Source of the DNA: Candidatus Brocadiia bacterium
Lineage (GTDB): Bacteria; Planctomycetota; PUPC01; DSUN01
Direction of reading: 5' to 3'
Assembly: GCA_046538415.1 (NCBI GenBank)
Contig: JBKHIY010000013.1
Span: 747-64,746 of the forward strand
Length of the DNA: 64,000 bases
The notes under the pieces were generated by a model. It did no database searches and was not told the DNA's origin. It worked only from the letters and a program-made list of their open reading frames with translations. How positions within the stretch are numbered: the stretch's first letter is position 1; the number at the start of each line of letters is the position of its first letter. A program made the translations under genes and the position numbers. Positions 20,340-29,577 of this stretch are shown in pieces.

Positions 20340-21458
20340 ATGGCACGGGACCTCAATGCCACGGTCGAGGACTACCGGCGGGGCCTCGCCGCGCAGAATC
20401 GCGAGATCGAGCGCCTCCAGGCCATGGTGCGCGAGCTGGAGGAGCAGGCCCACGGCATCGGCTCGCGGCGCATCGAGAAGTCGCTGCGCCGGGCCCGGCA
20501 CGACCTGCGGCGCGCCCAGGCCGAGCGCGCCGACCTCCAGCGCGAGTACGCACGCTTCCGCCTCCGCGAGTTCATCGGCGACGACCCGGCCCACATCGAC
20601 ACCCAGCTTTTCGACGAGGAGCTGCTCCGCGTCACGTCCGCTCGCCTCGCCCGTCGCCGCTCAGGAGTGCTCTACGAGGGGCGGATCTCGGCCGACTCCT
20701 TCCGCACCGCCCTGCTCGCCGACCTGCCGCTCGACCAGCTGATCGAGAACGAGCGCTCGGAGCGGAAGGCCGGGGTGATCCTCGATCTCCTCGACGAGCA
20801 CACCTCCACCAAGGCCATTCTCCGCCACTGGGCGGCACTCGTCCAGTCCGACGACTACGTCTGCGGCGTCCTCCACCGCGCCGAGGACGCCACGGCTCGC
20901 TTCGAGGAGCATCTGGCCAACTTCACGCGGGGCCTGGAGAACCTGCGGATCGACTACGAGCTGCGCCAGCGGAAGGTCGACGACCTGCTCTTCTCCTTCG
21001 ACGACGGCCGCCCCGCGCTGCTGGCCGCCAACTACTGGGACAACATCGAGCGGCTGTGCGCCAGCCAGGTCCAGCAGCTCTTCGGCCAGTTCCTTGGCCT
21101 GGACCGGGCCCGCGAGGAGCTGCGGGTCCTCCGCGAGGAACTGAACGAGGAGCTGAGGCAGTTCATGAGGGCCTTCGTGCCCCGCTACCTGGCCTACGCC
21201 GCCAGCCAAGGCCGCCGCGGCCCCCGCCGAATGCGCCTGGGATGGCTCGCCACCCGCCGCCTGTGCCGCTACGTGCTCGACGAGGTGGACCGCACGGACC
21301 TCCTCCTGCCCCAGGGCGGCGGCATGGAGATCCCCCTGCCCCGTGTGCCCCGGAACATCGCGGCCTTCCGCAAGCTCAAGTCGTATCGCCGCTTCAAGGA
21401 ATCGGGCGAGGCCCAGGCCGACGCGGAGAGCCCCACGACGGCCCAGGGGACACGCTGA
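20340..21458 (+). CDS. Hypothetical coiled-coil protein
   Basis: 372 aa. An N-terminal heptad-rich segment (EIERLQAMVRELEEQ...) is followed by an Arg/Leu-rich C-terminal part. No family was recognised. It lies 40 bp downstream of rnc on the same strand. Confidence 0.5.
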   Translation: MARDLNATVEDYRRGLAAQNREIERLQAMVRELEEQAHGIGSRRIEKSLRRARHDLRRAQAERADLQREYARFRLREFIGDDPAHIDTQLFDEELLRVTSARLARRRSGVLYEGRISADSFRTALLADLPLDQLIENERSERKAGVILDLLDEHTSTKAILRHWAALVQSDDYVCGVLHRAEDATARFEEHLANFTRGLENLRIDYELRQRKVDDLLFSFDDGRPALLAANYWDNIERLCASQVQQLFGQFLGLDRAREELRVLREELNEELRQFMRAFVPRYLAYAASQGRRGPRRMRLGWLATRRLCRYVLDEVDRTDLLLPQGGGMEIPLPRVPRNIAAFRKLKSYRRFKESGEAQADAESPTTAQGTR

Positions 21459-21519
21459 GGCCGCGGGCCCGCTCCTGTGCCCCTGGCCCCGCCACATCCT
21501 GCCAGGTCGCGCGCGCTTC

Positions 21520-22638
21520 ATGAGCCAGGCGCCATCGCCACCGCCGGGAAGGGACGAGACGACGGAGGCTCCCGCTCCGAGAAGCCTCCGAGCGCGGCTG
21601 CTCCTCGTCCTGGCCGGCCTGCTCGGGGCGCTGGTGGTGGCCGAGGCGGCGCTCCAGGTGGGCGGCGTCGAGGTGCGCGCCGGGCGGCTCACCCGTGACC
21701 CCCTGCTCGGCTGGCGCAACCGCCCCGGCTGGGAAGGCCCCGTCTTCTCGGTCAACTCCCTGGGATTCCTGGGCGAGGAGTTCTCGCCGACCAAGCCGCC
21801 GGGCACCGTCCGCGTCTTCTGCCTCGGCGATTCGTGCACCGCGGGAGACCTCCTGGCGTCGTTCGATCGGACCTACCCGCGACAGCTGGAGCAGGAGCTG
21901 GAGCGGCGGCTCCCCGGCGCGCGCTGGCAGGCGATCAACGCCGGGGTGGGCGGCTACAGCTCGTTCCAGGGCCGGCTGTGGCTGGAGCGCGAGATCCTGG
22001 GCTACGAGCCCGACGCGCTGGTGCTCTACTTCGGCTGGAACGACCACTGGCCCGCCCGCTCGGGCGGCCCGGACAAGGAAGTCTCGGGCTCCCTCCCCGA
22101 GCGCCTGCGGGCCGGGCTCTCCTGGTGCAAGCTGCTCCAGCTGGGCATCAAGGCTTATCACATGGCCCGGGAGCGCGAGCCCCTCCCCGCAGCAGGGCCG
22201 GCGGGCGGAACGGCCTCCCAGCCGGATCGCCCGCCCAGGGTCTCACGGGAGGATTACGCCGAAAACCTGCTGGCCATGGTCCAGGCCATGGGCGAGAGGG
22301 GAGGGGAGACGGTGATCGTCACCGCGCCCAACTACCTGGCCGCCGTACCGCTCGACTCCCTGCCCCCTGGCCTCCATGGCGGACGCGACGCGGTGGCGGC
22401 CCTGGTGGAGCTGCACGACGAGTACAATGCCATCGCGCGGGACGTGGCCAGGGAGGCGGGCGCCTGCCTGGTGGACGCGGCCCGCGACTTCGCCGAGGCC
22501 GCCGACCCCGAGGCGCTGTTCTGGAATCCGCCGCAGGACTTCATTCATCTCAGCGCCGAGGGCTGTCGGCGGCTCGCTTCCGCCGTGGCCCGCTGCCCCG
22601 CCTTCGGGAAGCTGGCCAACGAGGTCGAGCAGCCATGA
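21520..22638 (+). CDS. SGNH/GDSL-family hydrolase with an N-terminal membrane anchor
   Basis: The ATG is at 21520 and the TM helix is LLLVLAGLLGALVVA. Block I is FCLGDSCTAG (GDSx with Ser nucleophile). GWND marks a later block. A C-terminal DFIH resembles the DxxH catalytic pair. Confidence 0.7.
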   Translation: MSQAPSPPPGRDETTEAPAPRSLRARLLLVLAGLLGALVVAEAALQVGGVEVRAGRLTRDPLLGWRNRPGWEGPVFSVNSLGFLGEEFSPTKPPGTVRVFCLGDSCTAGDLLASFDRTYPRQLEQELERRLPGARWQAINAGVGGYSSFQGRLWLEREILGYEPDALVLYFGWNDHWPARSGGPDKEVSGSLPERLRAGLSWCKLLQLGIKAYHMAREREPLPAAGPAGGTASQPDRPPRVSREDYAENLLAMVQAMGERGGETVIVTAPNYLAAVPLDSLPPGLHGGRDAVAALVELHDEYNAIARDVAREAGACLVDAARDFAEAADPEALFWNPPQDFIHLSAEGCRRLASAVARCPAFGKLANEVEQP

Positions 22639-24302
22639 GCATCCCCAGCGCTGGTAGCCCGTCCTGGCGTCCCTCGCGCGGCTTCCGCCACGCGCTGGCC
22701 TGCCTGGCGCTGCTGGTTCTTGTGGGGGCGGCGTTCCTCAACGCTCTGGCCAACGGCTTCGTCACCTACGACGACTGGTTCCTGGTCGAGGAGAACCCGC
22801 GCATCCGCTCGCTCGCCTGGCCTCGCGTGGTGGCGCTGTTCGCCCGGCCCAACGACCGTGGGGTGTGGCTGCCGCTGCGCGAGCTCAGCTACGCCGTGGA
22901 CTACCGCTTGTGGGGCCTTGACCCCTTCGGCTACCACCTGACCAACGTAGGGCTCCACGCGGCCAACGTGCTCCTGGCCTACGCCCTGGTGTGCTGGGTG
23001 GTGGGGCGGCCGGCGATGGCCTTCCTCGGAGCGGCGGTGTTCGCCGTGCATCCGGTGCAGGCGGAGTCGGTGGCCTGGGTGGCGGGCCGCCGGGACGTGC
23101 TGAGCGGCTTCTTCTTCCTCGCCGCGTTCCTGGCGTTCGTGGGCTTCGAGCGGCGGGGGGGCAGGCGGCGGTGGCTTCTCTACGCCGCTTCGTTGGCCGG
23201 GCTGGCGTGCGCCCTGGCCTCGAAGGCTACGGCGATGATGCTGCCCGCGGTGTTGGTGCTCGCCGTGCTGGTGTTCGGGGGGCGGGCCGGCGCGGTGTGG
23301 CGTCGGGTGGCGCTGTGCGTGCCCCACGGCCTGTTGGCGGCAGGGGGTGCGGCGGTGCACTTCCTGGCGGCCCGTCAGGCCGGGGTCGTCAAGGAGGTGG
23401 TGGCCGGGGGCCGGCTGCCCAGCGTGGCGTGGAGCCTGGCGGCCTACTGGCGGCTGCTGTTCTTCCCCGTGGGCCTGTCCACGCCGCAGGCCCGACAGCC
23501 GGTGCCGTGGTCGGCCACGTGGGTCGTCCTCGGCTCCGTGGCGGTCGTGGTGGGGGTGGTGGCGGCGGCGTGGTGGGCGGCCCCTCGGCGGCGGCTGGCG
23601 CTGTTCTGCCTCGGCTGGTGGTTCCTGCTCCTGCTGCCGGTGTCGAACCTGGTGCCGCTGAGCATGCTCATCGCCGAGCGCTACCTGTACCTGCCGCTGC
23701 TCGGCGCCGGGGCCTACGGCGCCGAGCTGGTGGCGAGCCTGGCCAGGCGGCGTGGGGCGCTCGTCGTCGCCTGCTCGGCCCTGGTGGTGGGGCTTCTGGG
23801 AACGGCCACGGTGGAGCGTAACCGCACGTGGCGAAACAGCATGGTCTTCTGGAAGGAGGCGGTCGAGCGCTGGCCCGATTCGCCCGTCACTCGCCTCGGC
23901 CTGGCCAGCGCTTACGTCGACGCGAACCGCCCGGAGAGGGCCTGGGGGCAGTATCTCGAGGTCGCCTCCCACGCCGGCACCGCGCTGTCGCGGAACCCGG
24001 AGCACGAGCGCTTCATCCGCGCCGGCCTGGAGCGGTGCTCCGAGCGACTGGGCCGGCTCCTGGAGGCCAGGGGCGAGCGGGAGCGGGCGCTGGAGGTCTA
24101 CGCCACCGCGCTCAGCCTGCGGCCCGACGACATCGAGCTGCGGGCACAGCTCGCCAGGGCCTACGAGCGCTACGGCATGGTCGAGGAGGCCAGGGCGCAG
24201 GTGGAGGCCATCGCCGAGGCGGAGGGCGATGTCCCGGGGCTCGAGCAGTGGCTGGAGCGCCTGGAGAGGAAAGCCTCGTGGCGGTCGAAAGGGGAGGAAT
24301 AG
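22635..24302 (+). CDS. TMTC-like GT-C glycosyltransferase (PMT_2/DUF1736 membrane domain) with C-terminal TPR repeats
   Basis: 555 aa. The N-terminal motif is FVTYDDWFLVEENPRIRSL…LRELSYAVDYRLWGLDPFGYHLTNVGLH, followed by about 10 TM helices. The C-terminal segment is rich in TPR-like helices. The ATG overlaps the stop of the SGNH gene as ATGA. Confidence 0.7.
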   Translation: MSIPSAGSPSWRPSRGFRHALACLALLVLVGAAFLNALANGFVTYDDWFLVEENPRIRSLAWPRVVALFARPNDRGVWLPLRELSYAVDYRLWGLDPFGYHLTNVGLHAANVLLAYALVCWVVGRPAMAFLGAAVFAVHPVQAESVAWVAGRRDVLSGFFFLAAFLAFVGFERRGGRRRWLLYAASLAGLACALASKATAMMLPAVLVLAVLVFGGRAGAVWRRVALCVPHGLLAAGGAAVHFLAARQAGVVKEVVAGGRLPSVAWSLAAYWRLLFFPVGLSTPQARQPVPWSATWVVLGSVAVVVGVVAAAWWAAPRRRLALFCLGWWFLLLLPVSNLVPLSMLIAERYLYLPLLGAGAYGAELVASLARRRGALVVACSALVVGLLGTATVERNRTWRNSMVFWKEAVERWPDSPVTRLGLASAYVDANRPERAWGQYLEVASHAGTALSRNPEHERFIRAGLERCSERLGRLLEARGERERALEVYATALSLRPDDIELRAQLARAYERYGMVEEARAQVEAIAEAEGDVPGLEQWLERLERKASWRSKGEE

Positions 24303-24327
24303 GTCACCGGGCGCCTGCTCGCGACCC

Positions 24328-25314
24328 CTAGTTTCTCAACTGCCAGAGCAGCCCACCCTCTTTGCCCACGCCGCGGCGGAGGTCGATCTCGCGGTTGGTC
24401 TTGAACTCGACGTGGCTGTCGAAGAAGAGCACGCTCATCCCGCCGTTGTGCTCCTCGCCGTGGTTGATGGGGTCCTGGGTGTCGTCGCTGCCCATGGGCA
24501 TGTTGGGTGGGAACATGTCGGGGATGGCCCGGGCCACCCGCGTACCGCCCGCTTCGGTCATGCTGTAGTAGTGCATGCCCGCGTAGCTGACGGTGTGGGG
24601 GCCGAAGCGCCAGCGGTCGGCGCGCTCGGCTCCCAGGTCGCGGCCGTTGTGGTTCGTGTCGGACGTGCTGGGGCAGAGGAAAACGCCGGGGTCGGGCACC
24701 ACGCTGGTCCAGTAGAGGCTGGCCAGCCACTCGGCGCCGTTGTAGTTGTCGGCCCGCGCGCCCCGTCCCAGGGGGCAGGGGTAGAAGCGGTTGTCGCCCA
24801 GCTCGGTGAGGTAGGTGGCCATCCCCTTGGCCATCTGGTTGAGGTTGTTGCGGCAGCGGATGCGTCGGGCCTCTTCCCGCGCCCGGGCCAGGGCCGGGAG
24901 CATCATGAGGCTGAGGACGATGGAGCCGAAGAGGGCTACGGCCACCACACCGCAGGGCACGCCCACGGCGATGGCGCTGACCAGGGCATTGCGGTCCGCC
25001 CGGGGGTAGGCCAGGCGCATGCCGGCGAGCGCTTGCGGGGGCGTGGCCTCCCCGCGGACCACCGCGGCGAAGGGCTCCACCTGCCCCATGGGCTGCCAGT
25101 CGGCCATGCCCTCCCGCCAGCAGGGGGTGGTCTCGTCGACCTGCCCTCGCCACAGGCGGTCGAGCAGCCGGTCCGTGGAAAAAGGTCCCGAGGGCCGGTC
25201 GCCGGCTCCTCGGACGTACCACTGGTCGGGCGGGGTGCTCACCTTCCTGCCTCCTGCGCTCGCGGTCCGTGCGGAACGGGTCAGTGGCAGTCGTAGCCCG
25301 TGAAGACGGGGCAA
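24328..25314 (-). CDS. DUF1559 (H-X9-DG) domain protein with an N-terminal GYF/DUF4339-like domain and a single TM
   Basis: 328 aa with a TTG start. The N-terminal segment DQWYVRGAGDRPSGPFSTDRLLDRLWRGQVDETTPCWREGMADWQPMG resembles DUF4339. A TM helix follows, and then about 190 aa that are near-identical to the downstream pseudopilin paralog, ending in the [20 protein letters not shown] motif. Confidence 0.7.
   Translation of the reverse strand: MPRLHGLRLPLTRSARTASAGGRKVSTPPDQWYVRGAGDRPSGPFSTDRLLDRLWRGQVDETTPCWREGMADWQPMGQVEPFAAVVRGEATPPQALAGMRLAYPRADRNALVSAIAVGVPCGVVAVALFGSIVLSLMMLPALARAREEARRIRCRNNLNQMAKGMATYLTELGDNRFYPCPLGRGARADNYNGAEWLASLYWTSVVPDPGVFLCPSTSDTNHNGRDLGAERADRWRFGPHTVSYAGMHYYSMTEAGGTRVARAIPDMFPPNMPMGSDDTQDPINHGEEHNGGMSVLFFDSHVEFKTNREIDLRRGVGKEGGLLWQLRN
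24331..24909. repeat. Tandem-duplication copy A, the 3' part of the first DUF1559 gene
   Basis: It encodes about 190 aa that are more than 85% identical to copy B. Antisense-frame ORFs 24362..24568 and 25336..25698 also translate near-identically, which shows nucleotide-level similarity. Confidence 0.6.
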
Positions 25315-25380
25315 CTGTAGCGCGACGGGGGGAAGGTGTCAACTGAGAAGCGGCGGAGGAGCGGGCGGCGTCGGGGCGGG

Positions 25381-25424
25381 TTAAAAGCCGAGCAGCCCGC
25401 CTTGGGAGGCGGGCTGCTCGGGGC
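25381..25424 (-). terminator. Intrinsic terminator after the prepilin/DUF1559 gene
   Basis: On the minus strand the 15-bp GC stem reads GCCGAGCAGCCCGCC-tcccaa-GGCGGGCTGCTCGGC and is followed by TTTTAA. Confidence 0.6.
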
Positions 25425-25442
25425 GACACTGGATGGTCTGCC

Positions 25443-26111
25443 TCAGTTGCTGAGCTGCCAGAGCAGCGACTTGTCGGCCCCACCGCTGTCGGCGCCCACG
25501 CCTCGCAGCAGGTCAATGTCGGTATTGGTCCTGAATTCGACGTGGCTGTCGAAGAACAGGACGCTCATACCGCCGTTGTTCTCCTCGCCGTGGTTGATGG
25601 GGTCTTGGGTGTCGTCGCTACCCATCGGCATGTTGGGCGGGAAGTTGTCGGGGATGGCCCGGGCCACCCGCGTACCGCCCGCTTCGGTCATGCTGTAGTA
25701 GTGCATGCCCGCATAGCTGACGGTACCTTCGTCGAAGGTGGTAGCGGCGGTTTCCGAGCCGATCCGGAGCCCGTCCTCGTTCGTGTCGGGCGAACTCGGG
25801 CAGATGAAAACGCCGGGGTCGGGCACCACCCTGGTCCAATAGAGACTGGCCAGCCATTCGGCTCCGTTGTAGCTGTCGCCGCTTGCCGACCGCGTCCGAC
25901 CGAGCGGACACGGATAGAAGCGGTTGTCGCCCAGCTCGGTCAGGTATGTGGCCATACCCTTGGCGAGCTGGTTGAGGTTGTTACGACAACGGATCCGTCT
26001 GGCCTCCTCACGAGCCCTGGCCAAGGCAGGCAGAAGCATGCCCGCCAGAATTGCGATAATGGCAATGACGACCAAGAGCTCGATGAGGGTAAAGCCGCGC
26101 CTTTTCTTCAT
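25443..26111 (-). CDS. Prepilin-type N-terminal cleavage/methylation domain protein with DUF1559 (type II secretion pseudopilin-like, H-X9-DG)
   Basis: 222 aa. The class III signal is MKKRRG|[20 protein letters not shown], with G at -1, F at +1 and E at +5. The DUF1559 body carries the [20 protein letters not shown] motif. Confidence 0.85.
   Translation of the reverse strand: MKKRRGFTLIELLVVIAIIAILAGMLLPALARAREEARRIRCRNNLNQLAKGMATYLTELGDNRFYPCPLGRTRSASGDSYNGAEWLASLYWTRVVPDPGVFICPSSPDTNEDGLRIGSETAATTFDEGTVSYAGMHYYSMTEAGGTRVARAIPDNFPPNMPMGSDDTQDPINHGEENNGGMSVLFFDSHVEFRTNTDIDLLRGVGADSGGADKSLLWQLSN
25446..26033. repeat. Tandem-duplication copy B, the second DUF1559 gene body
   Basis: See copy A. 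Boundaries are approximate. Confidence 0.6.
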
Positions 26112-26171
26112 CTTGTCTCACCCCCTTTCTGGGTTGAAAAGGCTATAGGCTGTGACCTGACACCACCCTAA

Positions 26172-26199
26172 ATTATACGCCGGCGACGCGCGGTGTCAA
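26172..26199 (-). promoter_or_regulatory. Sigma70-consensus promoter for the prepilin/DUF1559 gene
   Basis: The minus strand reads gatttgc-TTGACA-ccgcgcgtcgccggcg(16)-TATAAT. Both hexamers are perfect. An A-rich tract lies upstream. The Shine-Dalgarno AAAGGGGGTGAGA lies before the ATG at 26111. Confidence 0.55.
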
Positions 26200-26237
26200 G
26201 CAAATCCCACAAAAACTCGCGGCCCCACACAGCCCCC

Positions 26238-27530
26238 TCACAGCTCCTCCAGGGAACGGAAGACCATGCCAGTGCGAGGCTTGGGCCAGAAATAGGTCGA
26301 CTTCGGCGGCATCCGCTGTCCCGCGTTCACCACGGCCATCAGCTCCTCGGCCCGTACCCCGGGCAGGAGGGCCGCCATCCGGGCCGCCCCCGCGTCCACC
26401 TGGGCGGTGGCCCGCGCCGCGCACGCCTCGTAGCTGACCTCCGGCTCGCGTTCCGTAAATGCAGCGCTCACAAAGCCATGCGTGAAAACGGCAGCGGGAA
26501 GGCGGCGGACGGGCGAGCCGCTCGGGTAGGGGGACTCGGCGAGCGCCGCCTCGTCGCGCAGCTCGAGGAGGGTGTAGCCCGGCCCCTGGCCGCCGTGGAG
26601 CGCGAAGGCGGCCCGCCCCGCCCGGTCGGCCAGGGCCGCCAGAGCATCGTCCACGCTCGCCTCGGCCAGCCGCTGCACGTCGAACCATGCTGCCGCGCGG
26701 TCCACCACCTCGTCCGCCGTCGGTTCGCCCGCCCAGCGGAGGACGCGGTGGGTGGGGCGGATGACCAGCCCGGGGTCCGCGGAGGACATGCAGGCGGCGA
26801 GGACGTAGTCGCAGGGCAGCTGGCCCTCCGGCGCGGGATGGCCGGCGCGCTGGAGGCGTCGGTAGGCCAGAGCCGTTTCGTAGCGGTGGTGTCCGTCCGC
26901 GATATAGAGGGGCAGGGGGGCGAGCGCATCGGCCAGCGCGGCCCTGCGGTCGGCCGACCACAGGGGGCGCAGCTCGTGGTCGATGCCCCGCTCGTCGGCG
27001 AAGACGGCGAGGGGCTCGGCCTGGGGGCCCGCCAGGAGGTCTCGCACCCGCGCCTCCGGGTCGGGGAAGAAGGCCAGGATGGGGCTGAGGTTCGCGGGGC
27101 AGGCTCTCATCAGGCGCAAGCGGTCGGCCTTCGGCCCGGGCATGGTATTCTCGTGGGGCAGCACGCTGCCCTCTTCGTACGGCTCGAGGCGCAGGGCGCC
27201 CATCACCAGCGTGCGCTGGCGGCGCTCGCCCTGGTGGTTGAACCGCTGGACGTAGAGGTAGAAGGCGGGCTCGGGATCGGGGACCAGGATGCCCTGGCGG
27301 AGCCAGGCGCGGTAGAGCTCCTTGGCCCGCTCGTACCAGTCGTCGGCCGGCGGGGCTTCTGCGCGGCGGCGCTCCCCGAGGATCAGGCGCACCGCGTTGT
27401 AGGGGCTTCGCCGGCACAGGGCGACGTGGTCCTCCGGCCCAATGACGTCGTAGGGCGGCGAGACCAGATCGGCGAGGGGACCGGCGTCGCTAGCGTAGCG
27501 AATGCCGCGAAAGGGCTTCAGCTCTGGCAT
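26238..27530 (-). CDS. DUF1015 family protein
   Basis: 430 aa starting MPELKPFRGIRYA…. A conserved ADGHHRYETA motif is present. The longer ORF in the track is Arg/Pro-rich before this ATG and is an artefact. The start lies inside the 3' end of the upstream STT3 gene, with a 13-nt overlap. Confidence 0.6.
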   Translation of the reverse strand: MPELKPFRGIRYASDAGPLADLVSPPYDVIGPEDHVALCRRSPYNAVRLILGERRRAEAPPADDWYERAKELYRAWLRQGILVPDPEPAFYLYVQRFNHQGERRQRTLVMGALRLEPYEEGSVLPHENTMPGPKADRLRLMRACPANLSPILAFFPDPEARVRDLLAGPQAEPLAVFADERGIDHELRPLWSADRRAALADALAPLPLYIADGHHRYETALAYRRLQRAGHPAPEGQLPCDYVLAACMSSADPGLVIRPTHRVLRWAGEPTADEVVDRAAAWFDVQRLAEASVDDALAALADRAGRAAFALHGGQGPGYTLLELRDEAALAESPYPSGSPVRRLPAAVFTHGFVSAAFTEREPEVSYEACAARATAQVDAGAARMAALLPGVRAEELMAVVNAGQRMPPKSTYFWPKPRTGMVFRSLEEL

Positions 27531-29560
27531 CCGTGGGCCTGCCTCGTCTGTGGGAGTCTCGGGAGAACGTGGGCCTCGCCCGTCGCCTCGGCCGGGCCAG
27601 GGGGCACCAGCTCGAAGAGCCGCGTGGAGAAGTCGCGGCCCAGACGGCGGCTGTGGTGGACCGTCTCGTGGACCAGGCGGAACTGGCGCAGCGGCCGGCG
27701 CGTGCCCGGGGCCAGCGGCTCGGGGCGGGCCTGGAGCGCGCCGGCCATCACGGCCGCCTCGGCCCCCGTGCGGGGGTCGAGCCCCAGGTCGGCGAGAATG
27801 AGGGGCAGGAAGAAGTCGGTGGACAGCACGTAGCGGACCCCCAACCGTCGGCACAGCGCCGCGGCTTGCGCCTCCGAGCGGGCCCCGAAGAAGGCCCTCG
27901 CCCGCTCCAGCCCCAGACGGTGCTGCGGGGTGTTGCCGAAGGGGCACGCGACGTTGGCTCGCTGCCCCAGGTAGGTGAGCCAGTGCCCGTAGTGCCAGTA
28001 GGCCATCACCGCGTACGGGGGCCGCGTATCGAAGTCCGAGATGTCCCCCCCGGGCGGGGCCTCGGCACGCAGCCACTCCAGGGCCGGCAGCACCCGCTGA
28101 AGCTCGTAGCGGGGAAGGCCCAGGCGCGGGCGCCATCGCTCGACCGGCGCCCCGGCGGCGACCGCAGTCACCGCCACCAGCGACACGCGGCAGAGCACCC
28201 GCGTGCGCGGCGCCCCCAGGGCCGCCGCGCGCCAGAGCCCCGCGGCCAGCGCCGCCAGGCACAGCGCCAGGGGCGCGGCCAGGTGCCCTGCGAAGCGGCG
28301 CTGGGCCACGGCCAGGAGGCAGGTGCCCGCCGCCCAGACGGCCACCAGCCAGTCGCCCTCGGCCGCCCGCCGCCCCGCGGCCCGCCACACCACCAGGAGC
28401 AGACCGGCGGGGAAGGCCACCGCGGCCCACGTGAGCCGATTCACCGCGCCGTCCAGCCCGGTGGCGAACAGGCCCCTCGCCTCGCCCGCCGTGGCCACCA
28501 CCACGTCCGTCCGTCGGCCCATGAACCCGATGCCGCCCCCGAGCGCCGACCAGCCCCCGGGAACGGCCCACACGGCCGCCGCAGCCAGCGCCGCGTGCGA
28601 GCCCACCACCCAGGCCAGCTTCGCGCCCCGGCTCAGCCGACCGCTCCGCAATACCGCCCAGAGCAGCACCGGGCTCGCCCCACAGGCCAGCGCCGCCGCC
28701 CCATGGAAGCCGGAAAGGAACGCGAACGAGGCCCCCCAGGGCCGCGCCGCCGGCGAAAGACCCAGGAGGAACACGACCACCAGGGCCGCGCCGCCCAGCG
28801 CCGCGCTCGCCGCACCCCAGCCACGCGGTACCGGCCGCTGCAACGCGAGCGCGGTTACCGCACGCACCCAAAGGCTCCCCGCGGCCAGGAGCACGAAGAC
28901 CACCGAGCCGGGCCACAGCCACAACGAGCCGCCCAGCAGGAGACCCGCCAGCCCGCTCCAGGCGAGCCGTCTTCGCCGGCCCGGCTGCCGCCGCGCCGCG
29001 AGCCAGCAGCCCAGGCCAGCCGTCACCGCTGCGACCACCGCCGCGTCGTGGTCTACCTTCCCCACCGCCGAGGCCGCGATGCACGTCGGAAGCAGGGCCA
29101 CCAGGGCCGCCGCCACACAGCCCACCGACCGACCGCGCCACAGGGAGCCGAACCAGTACGTGGCCACCACGACCAGGCAGCCCAGCACGGGCATGGCCCA
29201 CGCACACACGCGCTCGACGTCCTGCGACCAGGGGCGGGCCCCGGCCACCCGCCCCGCGGCGGCGAGGACGAGGTCGAAGCCTGCCGGCCAGTAGATGTGG
29301 GCTCCCTCGGGGTAGTTCACGTAGGCGTCGAAGGCGGGTACCGTGGGGAAATCGGCGACCGCCTTCTGGACGCGTCGCAGGTGGTAGTAGGGGTCGTTGC
29401 CCGGCAGGAGCACGCGCCCGTCGACGAATACGAAGTGAGCGTCGCGAGCGCGGGCGAGGAAGGCTCCGGCCAGCACCAGCACGAGGGCCGCCCCACAGGC
29501 CCACCTGCGGCGGCCTGCCCACGGCTTGCGGCGTTCGTGCTCATCCTCGGGCAGCGCCAT
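27518..29560 (-). CDS. STT3/AglB/PglB-family oligosaccharyltransferase (GT-C)
   Basis: 680 aa with about 13 TM helices. The N-terminal loop reads GNDPYYHLRRV. The periplasmic C-terminal domain carries AYWHYGHWLTYLGQRANVACPFGNTPQH, which matches the WWDYG motif region. It is followed by SEAQAAALCRRLGVRYVLSTDFF, which resembles the eukaryotic/archaeal STT3 '…MRELDVDYVLVIFGG' segment. Confidence 0.55.
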   Translation of the reverse strand: MALPEDEHERRKPWAGRRRWACGAALVLVLAGAFLARARDAHFVFVDGRVLLPGNDPYYHLRRVQKAVADFPTVPAFDAYVNYPEGAHIYWPAGFDLVLAAAGRVAGARPWSQDVERVCAWAMPVLGCLVVVATYWFGSLWRGRSVGCVAAALVALLPTCIAASAVGKVDHDAAVVAAVTAGLGCWLAARRQPGRRRRLAWSGLAGLLLGGSLWLWPGSVVFVLLAAGSLWVRAVTALALQRPVPRGWGAASAALGGAALVVVFLLGLSPAARPWGASFAFLSGFHGAAALACGASPVLLWAVLRSGRLSRGAKLAWVVGSHAALAAAAVWAVPGGWSALGGGIGFMGRRTDVVVATAGEARGLFATGLDGAVNRLTWAAVAFPAGLLLVVWRAAGRRAAEGDWLVAVWAAGTCLLAVAQRRFAGHLAAPLALCLAALAAGLWRAAALGAPRTRVLCRVSLVAVTAVAAGAPVERWRPRLGLPRYELQRVLPALEWLRAEAPPGGDISDFDTRPPYAVMAYWHYGHWLTYLGQRANVACPFGNTPQHRLGLERARAFFGARSEAQAAALCRRLGVRYVLSTDFFLPLILADLGLDPRTGAEAAVMAGALQARPEPLAPGTRRPLRQFRLVHETVHHSRRLGRDFSTRLFELVPPGPAEATGEAHVLPRLPQTRQAHGCQS

Positions 29561-29577
29561 GTGGGACACGCGGACGC

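Noticed and set aside
26173-27417. 414-aa ORF on the minus strand overlapping the DUF1015 gene in another frame
   Set aside because: It is Pro/Arg/Gly-rich with no motifs. The DUF1015 frame, with DGHHR, is the real one.
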